DNA from: Candidatus Thorarchaeota archaeon
GTDB taxonomy: Archaea > Asgardarchaeota > Thorarchaeia > Thorarchaeales > Thorarchaeaceae
Reading direction: 5' to 3'
NCBI GenBank assembly: GCA_046758445.1
Contig: JBHIAE010000009.1
Span: forward strand, 1-64,000
DNA: 64,000 nt
Shown here: in pieces, positions 1 to 10,620 of the stretch
How positions within the stretch are numbered: the first letter of the stretch is position 1
Layout: every line of letters begins with the position of its first letter
The notes under the pieces: generated by a model
What the model was told of the DNA's origin: nothing
The model's input: only the letters and a program-made list of their open reading frames with translations
Database searches by the model: none
Program-made: the position numbers and the translations under genes

Positions 1-211
1 TTTTGGACTTTGCCCGGCATGCAACGCAAGATTTCGCCATTCATTCCACGCCCTAAGGGTCCGGCGGGCATCCACGATAGATAAGTCTAGTCCCTTTCAT
101 CTGAATTGATTCTCGACCTACGACTGAAATGTGAAAAGCATGCGTCTGACATGTAATACGCTGAAAGTACCAAGCCTCTTAGAGAGACTCTGTGTTCTAA
201 GCGAGAGCAAA

Positions 212-472
212 ATGATATTCCAATGTAGGAACTGCGGAGAGACCTCTGTTGACATTGACAAGGTACTTGATGGGGCGTGTAAGTGTGGTTGTACTCACTT
301 CAAGCTCGCTTCCAAGACGCCACTAGAACTACCGGATAATCTTGCTGCAAAGGAGGCTATTCGGAGAGACCTTCATTATTGGCTTGATCTCAACATCGAC
401 TCCATGGACCCTGATGATGTAGGCAATCTCCGAGTCCTCTTTGAAATCGAGAAGCGCGGGCCAAGAGATTAG
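212..472 (+). CDS. Small Zn-ribbon protein (OapC/ArvC, DUF2072-like)
   Basis: CxxC...CxC motif 'FQCRNCG...GACKCGCTHF' at the N-terminus; ATG at 212 is a more plausible start than GTG at 131. Confidence 0.6.
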   Translation: MIFQCRNCGETSVDIDKVLDGACKCGCTHFKLASKTPLELPDNLAAKEAIRRDLHYWLDLNIDSMDPDDVGNLRVLFEIEKRGPRD

Positions 473-3177
473 TGGTTCTCCTTCTCTGAGCCGTTCATGA
501 GCAATGGTCGCTCAATCCTTGCGATCTGCTCTTCGATTTCGACATTGACATCTGTTTCACCAGCCACTGCAGCAATGCGCTGCACTGCCCTTAGATTGTG
601 AATCAGTGAGTCTAACCAAGAGAATATGTCACCTGGATACACCCAGAGCTCGTACTCTTTCTTGAGCAGCTTCGCGATTCCCGACGGGTTGAGTCCCTCC
701 TTTCTTCGATCTACCATCCATCGCCCAAAACTGACTCTCCCGTGGTTGCACTCTGGATACTCACGACATCCACAGCTGAAGAAGTCTTGTATCCACTTTG
801 AGAAGACTTCAAAGACCCACTTGGGAAGTCGGCCAGCGGCCCCATGACTCCCACTAAGGCTTGTGACATCAGAGAAGATGCCGGAAAAGAGTCGAGTTGG
901 CATATGAGTCCTAAAGGCAGAGTTCACTTCCCCCTGAAGCTTGTTCGTCAGATAGACATTCTGGAATGGCTCCAACGATATCGCAATGTCAAGAACATCA
1001 TGAGTTCCAGCCATCTTCTGTACCTCGTAGCCCTCGCTAGGCGTGAGAAACGAAATAGAGGTTGCCTGACCGAGCTTCGTAGGATACGCTCCACCACTCT
1101 TGACCCTGATCATATGCTTTCGGACTAGATGCTTCAGTGCGTCTGACGGTGGGACAGACGAGGATAGCATCCTCAGATATGCCCGGGCAATGTCTTTGAG
1201 ATCTACGAGTCCAGTGGAGCAGACCGTAGCAAGAATCTGCTCAGAACACATCTCTGTGTCCGAGAACGGCTCCACGCTTTCGATGCCACCTCCGAGAAGC
1301 TGGGCCGCTACTTCATCCTCATATTTGTCCTGACCGGCATGGTATTTCTTCTCTGGCTGGACAATGAGGTAGACCTTCCCAAGGTCGTGCTTACCTAGAC
1401 GACCCGCGCGACCTAGCATTTGTTCAAACTCTGCGTTCGATAGCCAATCAGCGCCCATTGCTAGTGACTCAAAGATTACCTGGGAAGCAGGGAGGTCAAC
1501 ACCGGCCCCTAGGGCGGCGGTTGTGACAACGCAGGCATGCTTCTGTTTGGAATAAGAGGTTTCTATTCTCCTCCGTTGAGAGTAGGACAATCCTCCATGA
1601 TACACGGTACTGGAGACTCCCTGTTCACGCAGCCAATCGCTGATTGAGTGTGCGCGTCGCCTTGAAAAAGTGAAGATAATTGATTGACCCTTACTGCCCA
1701 TGCTGCTTGTGTGACGAAACTCCTGCTGGACAAGTCTGCGCGTCATTCTGCGCTTGTCATCATCGCTTCTTGCGAACACAAGATGACGTTCAAGCGGTAC
1801 TGGTCGGCCAGTGTAGTTCACCAGCTTGAAACCGAGTTCCTTCGCGAGGGATTCCGGTGATCCAACCGTTGCGGACAGTGCCAACACCTGCGCTCTAGGA
1901 GCATGGAACCTTATTCTAGACAGGAGTCCATCGAGTTCTGGACCGCGTTCCGGATCTGCTAGCATCTGAATCTCGTCAACAATAATCGTTCCAACCTCTC
2001 CGAGCCTGGAGGACTCTCCGGAGCGGAATACGAAGTCTAGAGCCTCGTACGTCGCACAAACAATGTCTGATTTCTCAATGTCAGTATCCACGATGACTCT
2101 CGCTTCCTTTCCCACGTCTAGCCTTGACATCCCAACGCGGATGCCAACTCGAACTCCTAGTTTCCTGTACCGTCTTCTAAACAGCTCATACTTCTCATTT
2201 GTCAACGCCACGAGCGGAGCTAGATAGATCATTTTCCTCCCATTCATTGCCCCAAGAACGCCAGCAAGCTCTGCTAGGAGTGTCTTCCCTGAAGAGGTAG
2301 AGGAAACAACCAACAAGTTCCTCCCTTTCTGAAGGCCAGCATCTAGAGCTTGCTCTTGAATAGGAAGAAGTCTCTCAATACCATCTGAAAGAAGGACCTC
2401 CTTCAGTCCCTCGGGGAGGTCAAGAGTGTCAATCCTCTGACCCTTGCCGAGCTCTCCGGCCTCGATGGTGTCAAAGAGCGTGAGATCACTCTGTCCGCTT
2501 GGATCAAAGCCTGGTGTCAGAAGATTCAGTAGTTTCGGGACTGATCGTACAGTCCCAAGCTGCCTCTCAAGATGTTGAACCATGCTCCGGGATAGCTTGA
2601 TTCTCATACTCTTCAGGTCTGATCGGAGATCGCTTCGGGCACAAGTAAGGCAGGATGCTTCGGTTTCAGAGACCTTGACTGCATTCCTTCTGGTAAGGAT
2701 GGTCAAACGATTGTCTCTCATGCAACTCTCACAGGTTGGAACCACTCGCGGTTTCTCTGTTTGAAGCCTGTGAAGAAGATCCTCCAGGTCGCTTCGGAAT
2801 AAAGGTTTCTGAGCACGAGGGATTATGATGCTACGGGCATTCCTAAGCAGATTATGCGATTCTTTTGGTTGATAATACACAGGCTTGTTAAACTTGACAA
2901 ACCAAAACCGTTTGATCTCAATGAGGCCATCCTTTCGGTAGCTGTATTCAACGAGGCCGGAAAGCCTGGCCCTCTGTCGATCCAGCAGTACGTCTGAGAA
3001 GACCTCTACCCTTGTGGTCATCTCCTGTCTGCCGCTTCGTAACACAATTGTGTAGGGCTTAGAGAGAATCTTCTGAATGCTTGCGTCAGCTACCTCCAAT
3101 TGAGGGTCCTCGGAAACGGAGCATGGCACGGCTGCAATGACTCTTTCGGTACCGTCACAGTTCGAAGATGAAGGCAT
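469..3177 (-). CDS. Archaea-specific Ski2-like SF2 helicase (COG1202/ASH-Ski2 type, DUF5814-like C-terminus)
   Basis: Q motif LLPIQ, Walker A SSTSSGKT, DEIQ box, LSAT, QMLGRAGR; N-terminal CxxC...CxxC and C-terminal CGCxxxPxCxHG metal motifs; true start may lie downstream of 3177. Confidence 0.85.
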   Translation of the reverse strand: MPSSSNCDGTERVIAAVPCSVSEDPQLEVADASIQKILSKPYTIVLRSGRQEMTTRVEVFSDVLLDRQRARLSGLVEYSYRKDGLIEIKRFWFVKFNKPVYYQPKESHNLLRNARSIIIPRAQKPLFRSDLEDLLHRLQTEKPRVVPTCESCMRDNRLTILTRRNAVKVSETEASCLTCARSDLRSDLKSMRIKLSRSMVQHLERQLGTVRSVPKLLNLLTPGFDPSGQSDLTLFDTIEAGELGKGQRIDTLDLPEGLKEVLLSDGIERLLPIQEQALDAGLQKGRNLLVVSSTSSGKTLLAELAGVLGAMNGRKMIYLAPLVALTNEKYELFRRRYRKLGVRVGIRVGMSRLDVGKEARVIVDTDIEKSDIVCATYEALDFVFRSGESSRLGEVGTIIVDEIQMLADPERGPELDGLLSRIRFHAPRAQVLALSATVGSPESLAKELGFKLVNYTGRPVPLERHLVFARSDDDKRRMTRRLVQQEFRHTSSMGSKGQSIIFTFSRRRAHSISDWLREQGVSSTVYHGGLSYSQRRRIETSYSKQKHACVVTTAALGAGVDLPASQVIFESLAMGADWLSNAEFEQMLGRAGRLGKHDLGKVYLIVQPEKKYHAGQDKYEDEVAAQLLGGGIESVEPFSDTEMCSEQILATVCSTGLVDLKDIARAYLRMLSSSVPPSDALKHLVRKHMIRVKSGGAYPTKLGQATSISFLTPSEGYEVQKMAGTHDVLDIAISLEPFQNVYLTNKLQGEVNSAFRTHMPTRLFSGIFSDVTSLSGSHGAAGRLPKWVFEVFSKWIQDFFSCGCREYPECNHGRVSFGRWMVDRRKEGLNPSGIAKLLKKEYELWVYPGDIFSWLDSLIHNLRAVQRIAAVAGETDVNVEIEEQIARIERPLLMNGSEKENH

Positions 3178-3925
3178 CCGTGTTATCTTGGACTATCGAT
3201 AGAGTCTCATCATACTCATCACGGATTGCCTCTATTCCCGTCTTTGTGTCCACGCCAGCCTTCTCAACAATCATCCAGTCAGACATGACTTGGATATCAA
3301 CAAAGCTGCTGAACTTGAGATATGGCGTAGCCATCACCTTAAGCCTGTCAGCCTCTTGGTATCGCATCCTCTCATACCATTCGACGAATGGGCGATACAT
3401 CGGACCGTTTGTACCAGCCAGGATGAATCTGGCCCTTTGCGTTCCGGAGATATGTGAAACGTTTATGCGCTTAATCATCTCGTCGTAATGTGCCGTCTGA
3501 GGCACGCTTGCATCCTGTCTTACTTTGGCCAGAGGGTCAGCGGCAAGCACGTTTCCCTTTTCGATGACGAGCTGTCTGATGATGGTAACAATCTCCTCTT
3601 GCTTCTTCGTGCCCAGTGGATCAATGACCTCTGGATTGATGATATCGACGAGAGGCAGTGGTTCATCCATTCTCAGCTGTGTCGGATCGAACAACAATGC
3701 CCCGAGCCGCTCAACGACCTCAACACGTCTGTTGCCACTCTTCGCTGTGCCCTTGAAAATGCCAGGTCCGACGAGTACGGATATCACTTTGTCCCCCCGG
3801 ATAAGCGACCACAGCTGACGTGATACCATTAGTGCCTTTCCAGTCAGCTCCGTATCCTTGAGCACTCCAATGTCAAAGTCATATGCTTCCACATCGAGAA
3901 GCCAGAATAGCGGTACTGAAGTCAT
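3155..3925 (-). CDS. Hypothetical protein (256 aa), operonic with the helicase
   Basis: Long ORF with protein-like composition, overlapping both neighbours on the same strand. Confidence 0.75.
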   Translation of the reverse strand: MTSVPLFWLLDVEAYDFDIGVLKDTELTGKALMVSRQLWSLIRGDKVISVLVGPGIFKGTAKSGNRRVEVVERLGALLFDPTQLRMDEPLPLVDIINPEVIDPLGTKKQEEIVTIIRQLVIEKGNVLAADPLAKVRQDASVPQTAHYDEMIKRINVSHISGTQRARFILAGTNGPMYRPFVEWYERMRYQEADRLKVMATPYLKFSSFVDIQVMSDWMIVEKAGVDTKTGIEAIRDEYDETLSIVQDNTDAFIFEL

Positions 3926-5103
3926 TCGATCCCCCCGAGCACACTTGCACTAATGAAGCCAAGCACAATTTCAGCTGCCTTGTCATCCTGCTCATCCATT
4001 GACAAGCCGCCCAACTCGGATCGATAACTCTCCATAGTGTCCTGACTTGTGGTCTTCTGCAATTTGAATCGGTCCTCAAGTTCCCTAATGCATCGTTCGA
4101 CAGCATCGAACACGCTGTTTCCTTGATACTTGAGATAGCGAATTACTCGACCAACACGGTCTGCCAAATAGCTGATTCTTTCTTCCTCAGGTCTACGCCT
4201 GGCAAGCAATACATCTCGCTCAAGGAAGTCAAATGGCGAAGTAAGGTCAGGCTCAGCTTTACTGCCTCGAGTTGATGCCATTCCGACAGCAACGTAGGCA
4301 GACCGGTCTCCTCTTCCTGTTGGGCGGGGCGCGATATGCACAAGAAGGTGGGCCGTTGCATTGACTGACATCTGATCCAACGGTTGTCCGAGATTATCGA
4401 TGAGCGTATGGAGCCGACCTGTTGACATATCCATGGTTGCTGAGTCTGACGCCTGCTCTAGCACAGCCGCGAGCTTTCTCAGAAACGCTTGGTTTCTCCT
4501 CCGCAGCTGAGTCAGCCGACCTCTCAATGTACTGAGTTTCCATCCCGTAACGGCGGGACCGAAGGCTATCAAAACATCGTCGCTTGTGGACTTAGGGTGC
4601 TCGGTCAACCAGGTTTCAATCAATGGAGCCATGAATGTCTTTGCCAGTTTGATTCGAGAGGCCAAGACAGGTATGACCTTCTCAATTGGAAGTGGCTCAT
4701 CCTCTAGGATGCTTTCCAAATTGGCTAGTTCACGAGTCTTGAGCTCGAGCTCTCGTACGAACTTGCCATAGAGGTACTCAACCCACTTCCCTTCTCTTAA
4801 TGCGAACTCCATAACGTTTCCCGGCAGGTCCGGGACAGGATCGCCAATTGACGCCAGACGTTCAAGCTCACGGGATAGAAGACTATTGGTGTCCCTCGCC
4901 TTCAGAATGCCATCAAGTTCGATGAGGTAGGCTACTGCTGCTATTTGAAACGAACATGAGAGCTTTTCTGAGATTCGCTCGGCCTCAGAAGCTGGCACTC
5001 TACGAGCCCGTTCGCGTAGGTCCGCATGCGTTTCCGCAAACTCATGGACCAGTTTCTGGCGGCTCGCAACGGCCAGTTTCTCGAGGTCAGGATCTAATAG
5101 CAC
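3922..5103 (-). CDS. Hypothetical alpha-helical protein (393 aa)
   Basis: Long ORF; ATGA overlap with the downstream gene; GAGGAG upstream of the GTG start. Confidence 0.8.
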   Translation of the reverse strand: MLLDPDLEKLAVASRQKLVHEFAETHADLRERARRVPASEAERISEKLSCSFQIAAVAYLIELDGILKARDTNSLLSRELERLASIGDPVPDLPGNVMEFALREGKWVEYLYGKFVRELELKTRELANLESILEDEPLPIEKVIPVLASRIKLAKTFMAPLIETWLTEHPKSTSDDVLIAFGPAVTGWKLSTLRGRLTQLRRRNQAFLRKLAAVLEQASDSATMDMSTGRLHTLIDNLGQPLDQMSVNATAHLLVHIAPRPTGRGDRSAYVAVGMASTRGSKAEPDLTSPFDFLERDVLLARRRPEEERISYLADRVGRVIRYLKYQGNSVFDAVERCIRELEDRFKLQKTTSQDTMESYRSELGGLSMDEQDDKAAEIVLGFISASVLGGIE

Positions 5104-5281
5104 CAGTGAACTCCTCTGTTATTTGACGTGCATGTTGTTATCTAGCCTTTTCAGTTGGTGCTGAGACCGTCAGCAAATATGTGTTATGCAGACCAACTCA
5201 ACAGAGTCTACAAGATTGACCTCTTCAGTGCTCTTTGACGTGTAGCAAGACTCAGCTACTCAAGATAGAGCTAGCTCCAAG

Positions 5282-5485
5282 CTAGAAGCCAATTGACAGC
5301 AGCAAGAAATGAATCCCAAATCCAATTAGTATCGATCCAAGTCCGATGGCCAGAATCATCCTCAACGTCGAACGGTGTCGGCTGTGTTCAACATGAACGA
5401 CAAGCCATCCAAATGAGAAGAGTCCCAGAAGGATGAAAATAACCGAAACATATAGCATGGACGTGACGGGTAGTTGTAGCATCAA
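5282..5485 (-). CDS. OST5/TMEM258-like 2-TM oligosaccharyltransferase accessory subunit
   Basis: 67 aa with two TM helices; 'PV...LLGLFSFGW...GSILIGFGIHFLLLSIG' matches the TMEM258 pattern 'PV...LAIGMFFTAW...ASLFMGFGVLFLLLWVG' as I recall it. Confidence 0.75.
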   Translation of the reverse strand: MMLQLPVTSMLYVSVIFILLGLFSFGWLVVHVEHSRHRSTLRMILAIGLGSILIGFGIHFLLLSIGF

Positions 5486-5554
5486 AGAAACCTCTCATTA
5501 TGCTTGTCCGCCACCGCCGATGGGACTGTCAATATAAGCATCTCGGTCGCCACC

Positions 5555-6325
5555 TTAGACAAAGAACTCGAACTCGCTCTCGTGGTTTGTGTCATCAATG
5601 GTTATCCTTCTGACCAGTTTCCCGCGTTTCTTGGCCAACCTTCTCTTCTCAGAGAATGAGAGGGCTGGGTCATCTGGCGGCACGATGTCCTCGATGACAA
5701 TGCTGTTCCGGACAGCGATACTCTTCGTCTTCGGGCCGACCTTGTCCTTGAAGTCGGGGAGTATCTCTTCTATTGTGTGGTTGAAGACCTCTGTAGTGTT
5801 GGCTAGCGCGCCTTTTGTGAAGGTCGGAGCCTTCTCCTTTGCTTCTTCCTCGTCACCTGAAGGTCCACCCTTCGGGAATGAGGTCTTAGTTGTCACCTTC
5901 CAAGGCTTCGTTCCATCCCTCGGACTGATGGACAGAAGAAAGAAGGTTGTGGGGTCGTCTGAGTCCACAAAGGCCTGGATATCCGCTAGCGGTGCAGAAT
6001 CATCAACTTTGGCATTGAAGACGCTTGCAGTCTTGCCCTTGGATTTCTTCCATGTAAGCGGAAACATAAGAGAACGGAAGTCTTCTGAGCGGTCATTATA
6101 GGTTCTTACTATACCCTTGACTTTGTGAACCCCTTCAGGAGCACTCATCAAGTAAGCGCGGAGGAAGAGCTTCTCATAGTCCAAATCCGCCTTGAAGCTG
6201 ATTGTCTTCTTACTCAGCTTGATTCTTGCACGAGGGCCGGGATGGGTTCCGATTCCATACTTCACGAGCTTCGCGTGAGAGAACTCATCCGCACTACCGT
6301 TGACTATCTTCGCCAGCCAGTTCAT
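5555..6325 (-). CDS. Archaeal hypothetical protein (256 aa, basic)
   Basis: Long Lys-rich ORF; no catalytic motif recognised. Confidence 0.8.
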   Translation of the reverse strand: MNWLAKIVNGSADEFSHAKLVKYGIGTHPGPRARIKLSKKTISFKADLDYEKLFLRAYLMSAPEGVHKVKGIVRTYNDRSEDFRSLMFPLTWKKSKGKTASVFNAKVDDSAPLADIQAFVDSDDPTTFFLLSISPRDGTKPWKVTTKTSFPKGGPSGDEEEAKEKAPTFTKGALANTTEVFNHTIEEILPDFKDKVGPKTKSIAVRNSIVIEDIVPPDDPALSFSEKRRLAKKRGKLVRRITIDDTNHESEFEFFV

Positions 6326-6491
6326 CCTCAGTCACTTCTCCGTGCTGGGCCGCTCTTTTGATTTAAACCTGCCGTGACTCCTAAAGCTGTGCGGGCTCCT
6401 CAGTAATGTACTCCAGAATCAGTGGTACACAACCTGTTAGCTTATAACGGCGACGTAGTGAGCCAATCACAGTCTGATGGTGAATTGAACG

Positions 6492-7712
6492 ATGGGATTG
6501 CGGGCTTCTGAGCATAAGCTCACATTGATTGCACTCTATCTTGTTACGTTGATAATGCGCGCTTCTTTCTACGTGACAATCGCTGTGATTCAGAGTAGCT
6601 CCTATCTGGGCGGCTTGACTGAATGGGAAGTGGCCGCCGTCCTCATTGTCTATCCGGTGACGGAGCTCACCACAGTTTCTTTCTTCGGGTCATATAGTGA
6701 CAAGATTGGAAGGAAGCCGATTCTCATTGCCAGCCTCTTCGTAACCGCTGCAGCTGCGTTTCTGTTCTCAGTTGCACCCGCAGCCGCCTTCCTCCTCCCG
6801 TTTGCCGCCATTTTCGGGCTTGGTGCCGCATCCAAGGTCACAACCACGCTCTCAATGATAGCCGATGCCTCAGGTGAAGGTAACCGCGCGCGGCTGATGG
6901 GATACTATGATCTCTCAACTCTTGTAGGCCTGGCGGGCGGGTATGGACTGGGGATCATCTTGCTGCAGTTTGGATATGGGGCAACAATGATTCTGTTGCT
7001 AGCTGCTGCAGCTTGTGCAACCAGCGGAGTAATCGGATACATAACAATCAAAGAAACTAGGGAGCACATCCAGATTGAGGTCAAGATGACCGAGCTCATC
7101 CGGAAAGTGGCTGGTGACAAGCGTATTCAGCTAATGGTGCCAGTGTACGTTCCAATCATCTCATTGTATGGCCTACTGATCGCAAACGTCGAGAGAATCA
7201 TAGAGGACCACTTCTCAATTAGCAACACCGATATGCTGATTCTCTTCGGAATGCTTGGAGGGGCACTAGTCCTTGGAATCATAGTAATGGGTCATCTATC
7301 CGACTACATGATGAAACGTCGCCCATTCATTGTACTGGGGTTGGTTGGATTTGGCACACTCGCATATGTCCTAGTGGCCAACGCAGGACCAGGGGGAATC
7401 GAGGGATTGTGGAGCATCTGGCCGCTGCTTCCCTTCCTTGGTTTTATCTCAGGATCGTTCCCACCGGCTGCGATGGCATATCTTACAGACGTTTCAGAAG
7501 AGGAGTCTAGAGGAAGCACAATGGGAGTCTATAGCATCTTCTTCGGTTCCGGAATGATAATCGGTCCGGCGACAGGTGCATATGCATACACAACCTACGG
7601 GCTTCCGGGTCTCGCCGTTCTTGTGGCAATCCTGATCGGAATCGCCTGTATTGGCACCTATTTCATGCCTGAAGCACATGGTGTGACAGAGTCCGAGCCA
7701 ATCAACCAATGA
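6492..7712 (+). CDS. MFS transporter
   Basis: About 12 TM; motif A 'GSYSDKIGRKP' and repeat 'GHLSDYMMKRRP'. Confidence 0.92.
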   Translation: MGLRASEHKLTLIALYLVTLIMRASFYVTIAVIQSSSYLGGLTEWEVAAVLIVYPVTELTTVSFFGSYSDKIGRKPILIASLFVTAAAAFLFSVAPAAAFLLPFAAIFGLGAASKVTTTLSMIADASGEGNRARLMGYYDLSTLVGLAGGYGLGIILLQFGYGATMILLLAAAACATSGVIGYITIKETREHIQIEVKMTELIRKVAGDKRIQLMVPVYVPIISLYGLLIANVERIIEDHFSISNTDMLILFGMLGGALVLGIIVMGHLSDYMMKRRPFIVLGLVGFGTLAYVLVANAGPGGIEGLWSIWPLLPFLGFISGSFPPAAMAYLTDVSEEESRGSTMGVYSIFFGSGMIIGPATGAYAYTTYGLPGLAVLVAILIGIACIGTYFMPEAHGVTESEPINQ

Positions 7713-7778
7713 TTGAGCAAGAGTTAATAGAAACCGGACTTATCTCCGGCTTAGCATCTCCGATTGGGGAGGTTCATC

Positions 7779-8393
7779 ATGGTTAGAATCACAACCATCA
7801 GCAATATACTGTCTGGCATTGGAATTGCCATCCTTGGCTTCTCGGCTATTCTGAAGTATCTTCTAGACCCGCTGGACCCCGGCACACTCATCCCATTCTA
7901 TGCGTGGATTGGTGGTGCCGCAATCTTAGCTATAGTCATAGCAATGAGTATAGTGAACACATTCACTGAGATGACGGGGTTCGTGCACCCTGAGGACAAA
8001 CTGGTCAGCAACATGTTCGTCTTCCTCATGGCAATCGCCACAATTCTCATCTTTGGGCTTCTTGACGAAGGAGCAACCTATCAACGCAATCTCTTTGACA
8101 TGGGGGCAATGATAGTAATCGCATACATCTTCTTGTTCATATTCGTCTTCTTTAGTGGTCAGATTACTGAGGCTGGCGAGATGGGCCAGGTCAAGGAAAT
8201 GACTGCGAGATTCATGCTGGTTTCCCTCGTGCTTGGCGCAATCATGGCTGCTGTCAAGGTCGGACTAGACATCATCTGGGAAGTGACTCAATCCTACACA
8301 GTGGCTGCGGGAGCTCTGGGCCTCTTTGCACTTGTCCTTGTCGTACTAATCGTGGTCTTCCTTGGACGAAAGTACGAACCTGTGGGCGAGTAA
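7779..8393 (+). CDS. Uncharacterised ~6-TM membrane protein
   Basis: Six hydrophobic segments; SD GGGGAGGT just before ATG 7779. Confidence 0.85.
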   Translation: MVRITTISNILSGIGIAILGFSAILKYLLDPLDPGTLIPFYAWIGGAAILAIVIAMSIVNTFTEMTGFVHPEDKLVSNMFVFLMAIATILIFGLLDEGATYQRNLFDMGAMIVIAYIFLFIFVFFSGQITEAGEMGQVKEMTARFMLVSLVLGAIMAAVKVGLDIIWEVTQSYTVAAGALGLFALVLVVLIVVFLGRKYEPVGE

Positions 8394-8400
8394 CGCCAAC

Positions 8401-8445
8401 AAAGGGGGTGGAATCAGCTTCCATCCCTTTCCGGCTTTTCTTTTT
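8401..8445 (+). terminator. Stem-loop plus U-tract terminator candidate
   Basis: AAAGGGGGTGGAA-tcagc-TTCCATCCCTTT inverted repeat followed by TTTTCTTTTT, right after the stop at 8393. Confidence 0.65.
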
Positions 8446-8559
8446 GCACTGACACCCTCATAGTATAGAACAGAGGCCCCCTCAGCAAATGAAATAAGTG
8501 TCCACAGGAGAACTCGTTCAAGCACTCGAGTCAATCCGAAACATAGGCTGGTGTTAGAG

Positions 8560-10512
8560 ATGGCAGACGGCAAACTATGGCTAGGGAGCTACGTAGACGA
8601 AGAGGGTAAGAAGACTGACAAGAGATTCGAGATAAGCGTCGATCTACTTCGTCGGCACGGGGGAATCTTCGGCTCTACTGGGTCTGGAAAGACTGTGTTA
8701 AGCAAGGTTATACTTGAAGAGGCCGCTATGGAAGGAATACCTGTACTCGCGTTTGACCCTCAGGGGGACATTGCATCTCTGATGCTTCCGGGAAACCCAA
8801 ATCAGTTGAGAGAGAAGGGTGTTCCACCGGATCTGCTCAAGGAATACATGGACAAAGTGATAGTACGAGTGTACACGCCAGCTAGTAGCAAAGGACTCAC
8901 GGTTTCCATAAACCCACTCAAGCTGCCCGACCCGAAGGCGGACCCCGACGATATCATCCGACTCATGGACAACTGTGCAAGGACACTTACCAAGGTGCTC
9001 ACGAAAGTCGGGGGCTTGAGTAGATCGTGGGAAGGCAAGTCCTTTGCCGTGTTATACGAACTCCTCCGGACAATATGGGAGGGAGGGAAGGACGTTGGAG
9101 ATCTCAAGGACCTTGCGAATTTGCTGACTGCGCCCGCAGAGGAGATTGGGATAGACCTTGAGCCATACATGAAGTACACCGAGAGGCAAACACTTGCCAC
9201 TAGAATCAGAACCCTAACGGTCGGCTCCTCACAGCTTCTGTTCAGAGAGGAGGGTCAGATTGACTTCGATTATCTCACAAAGCCAGTGGGAGGAAAAACG
9301 CCAATCAACGTTCTCTTTCTGAAGACTCTGAGAAGTGAGGAGGAGAAACACTTCTTCATTTCCATAGTACTCAATCAGCTCTATTCATGGATGCTTAGAC
9401 AGGGATTCACAGACAAGCCTAGAATGATCCTATTTCAAGATGAGGCTGCTCCTTTCATTCCGGCAGGCATGAGAGCTCCTGGTCCAAAGGAAACATTTCT
9501 TCTCCTCTTTAGGCAGGCTAGGAAGTACGGGGTCGAGTGTCTAATAGCTACTCAGAGTCCGAAGGATATAGATTACAAGGCGTTCGAACAGTTCAACTCC
9601 ATAGCCACTGGCAGGATAAGCAGCGAGCAGTCGCTGAAGGTGCTTGAGAGAATACTCGAGCCGATAGCAGGAGAGAAGGAGTCTGAAGATATCATCAAGG
9701 CTCTTCCGGGCCAGCAGACAGCATCCTTCATCTTCTCTTCAGCCGACTACAAACCAAAGGTCAATAGTATTGCCGTCAGATGGCTACTCACTAAGCATAT
9801 CACACTCACCGAGAAAGATGTTCAGAAACACATGAGTGTTCTCAGACAGGAACAGGAGAAGATACTGAAGAAGCTTGAAGAAGAACGCTTGGCAGAAGAG
9901 GAGAAACAGAGAAAGGAACGCGAGAAGATAGCTGCTGAGAAGAAAGCGGAGAGGGAGAGAAAGCGGAAAGAAGCCGAGAAGGCCAAGGCAGAGGCTGAGA
10001 AGCTCAAGAAGGAAGAAGAAGAACGCAAACGCCTGGAGGCCGAACTGGCAGCAAAGAAAGCCAAATTCAAAACCGCAAAGGAAACCGACAAGGTCTTTGA
10101 TACAAGAGGGCAGGCGGGCAAGGTATCCTACGATGATTTGATGAATGGATTCATCGCCAAGATCGAGGCCGTGGCCAAGACAAGTTTTGGACTGCCATTT
10201 CTGAAGGAACTAGTAAAGAGAGGTGAGCTCAACTACGAAAAGGCTCTCACCTATTACCTCAAAGAAACGAAGGCAGCCCTGAAACAAGGTCTAGCAAAGA
10301 AGACCAAGAAGCAGGAGAAGAAGAAGGTCGATTATATCCTCTACGACTTCGAATATGTCTTACAGAATGTACTTCAGGCCATGGGACTAAAGCAACCAGA
10401 GTACGTCGATGAGGCCCGTTTGAAGAAGAGATTCGAGCAGCTAGTCAAGCGAGCATCAAGGAACAACATCCTTGAACGAATCATTCTAGGCGAGCCCTTC
10501 CTTGAGTTCTAG
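8560..10512 (+). CDS. HerA/FtsK/VirB4-superfamily ATPase (DUF87/DUF853-like) with charged coiled-coil C-terminal region
   Basis: 'RHGGIFGSTGSGKT', 'FDPQGD', Walker B 'LFQDEA', 'RQARKYGV', 'ATQSP'; long E/K-rich helix in the C-terminal third. Confidence 0.9.
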   Translation: MADGKLWLGSYVDEEGKKTDKRFEISVDLLRRHGGIFGSTGSGKTVLSKVILEEAAMEGIPVLAFDPQGDIASLMLPGNPNQLREKGVPPDLLKEYMDKVIVRVYTPASSKGLTVSINPLKLPDPKADPDDIIRLMDNCARTLTKVLTKVGGLSRSWEGKSFAVLYELLRTIWEGGKDVGDLKDLANLLTAPAEEIGIDLEPYMKYTERQTLATRIRTLTVGSSQLLFREEGQIDFDYLTKPVGGKTPINVLFLKTLRSEEEKHFFISIVLNQLYSWMLRQGFTDKPRMILFQDEAAPFIPAGMRAPGPKETFLLLFRQARKYGVECLIATQSPKDIDYKAFEQFNSIATGRISSEQSLKVLERILEPIAGEKESEDIIKALPGQQTASFIFSSADYKPKVNSIAVRWLLTKHITLTEKDVQKHMSVLRQEQEKILKKLEEERLAEEEKQRKEREKIAAEKKAERERKRKEAEKAKAEAEKLKKEEEERKRLEAELAAKKAKFKTAKETDKVFDTRGQAGKVSYDDLMNGFIAKIEAVAKTSFGLPFLKELVKRGELNYEKALTYYLKETKAALKQGLAKKTKKQEKKKVDYILYDFEYVLQNVLQAMGLKQPEYVDEARLKKRFEQLVKRASRNNILERIILGEPFLEF

Positions 10513-10620
10513 ACGACAGAGAAGAAATGACGCCTGTTGGATTGCTCCACAAACCAGTTATATGTACGGGGAGTGAGGTCTCCCAATATACAATATAGTC
10601 CATAGCGGGGGCAACTTGAG

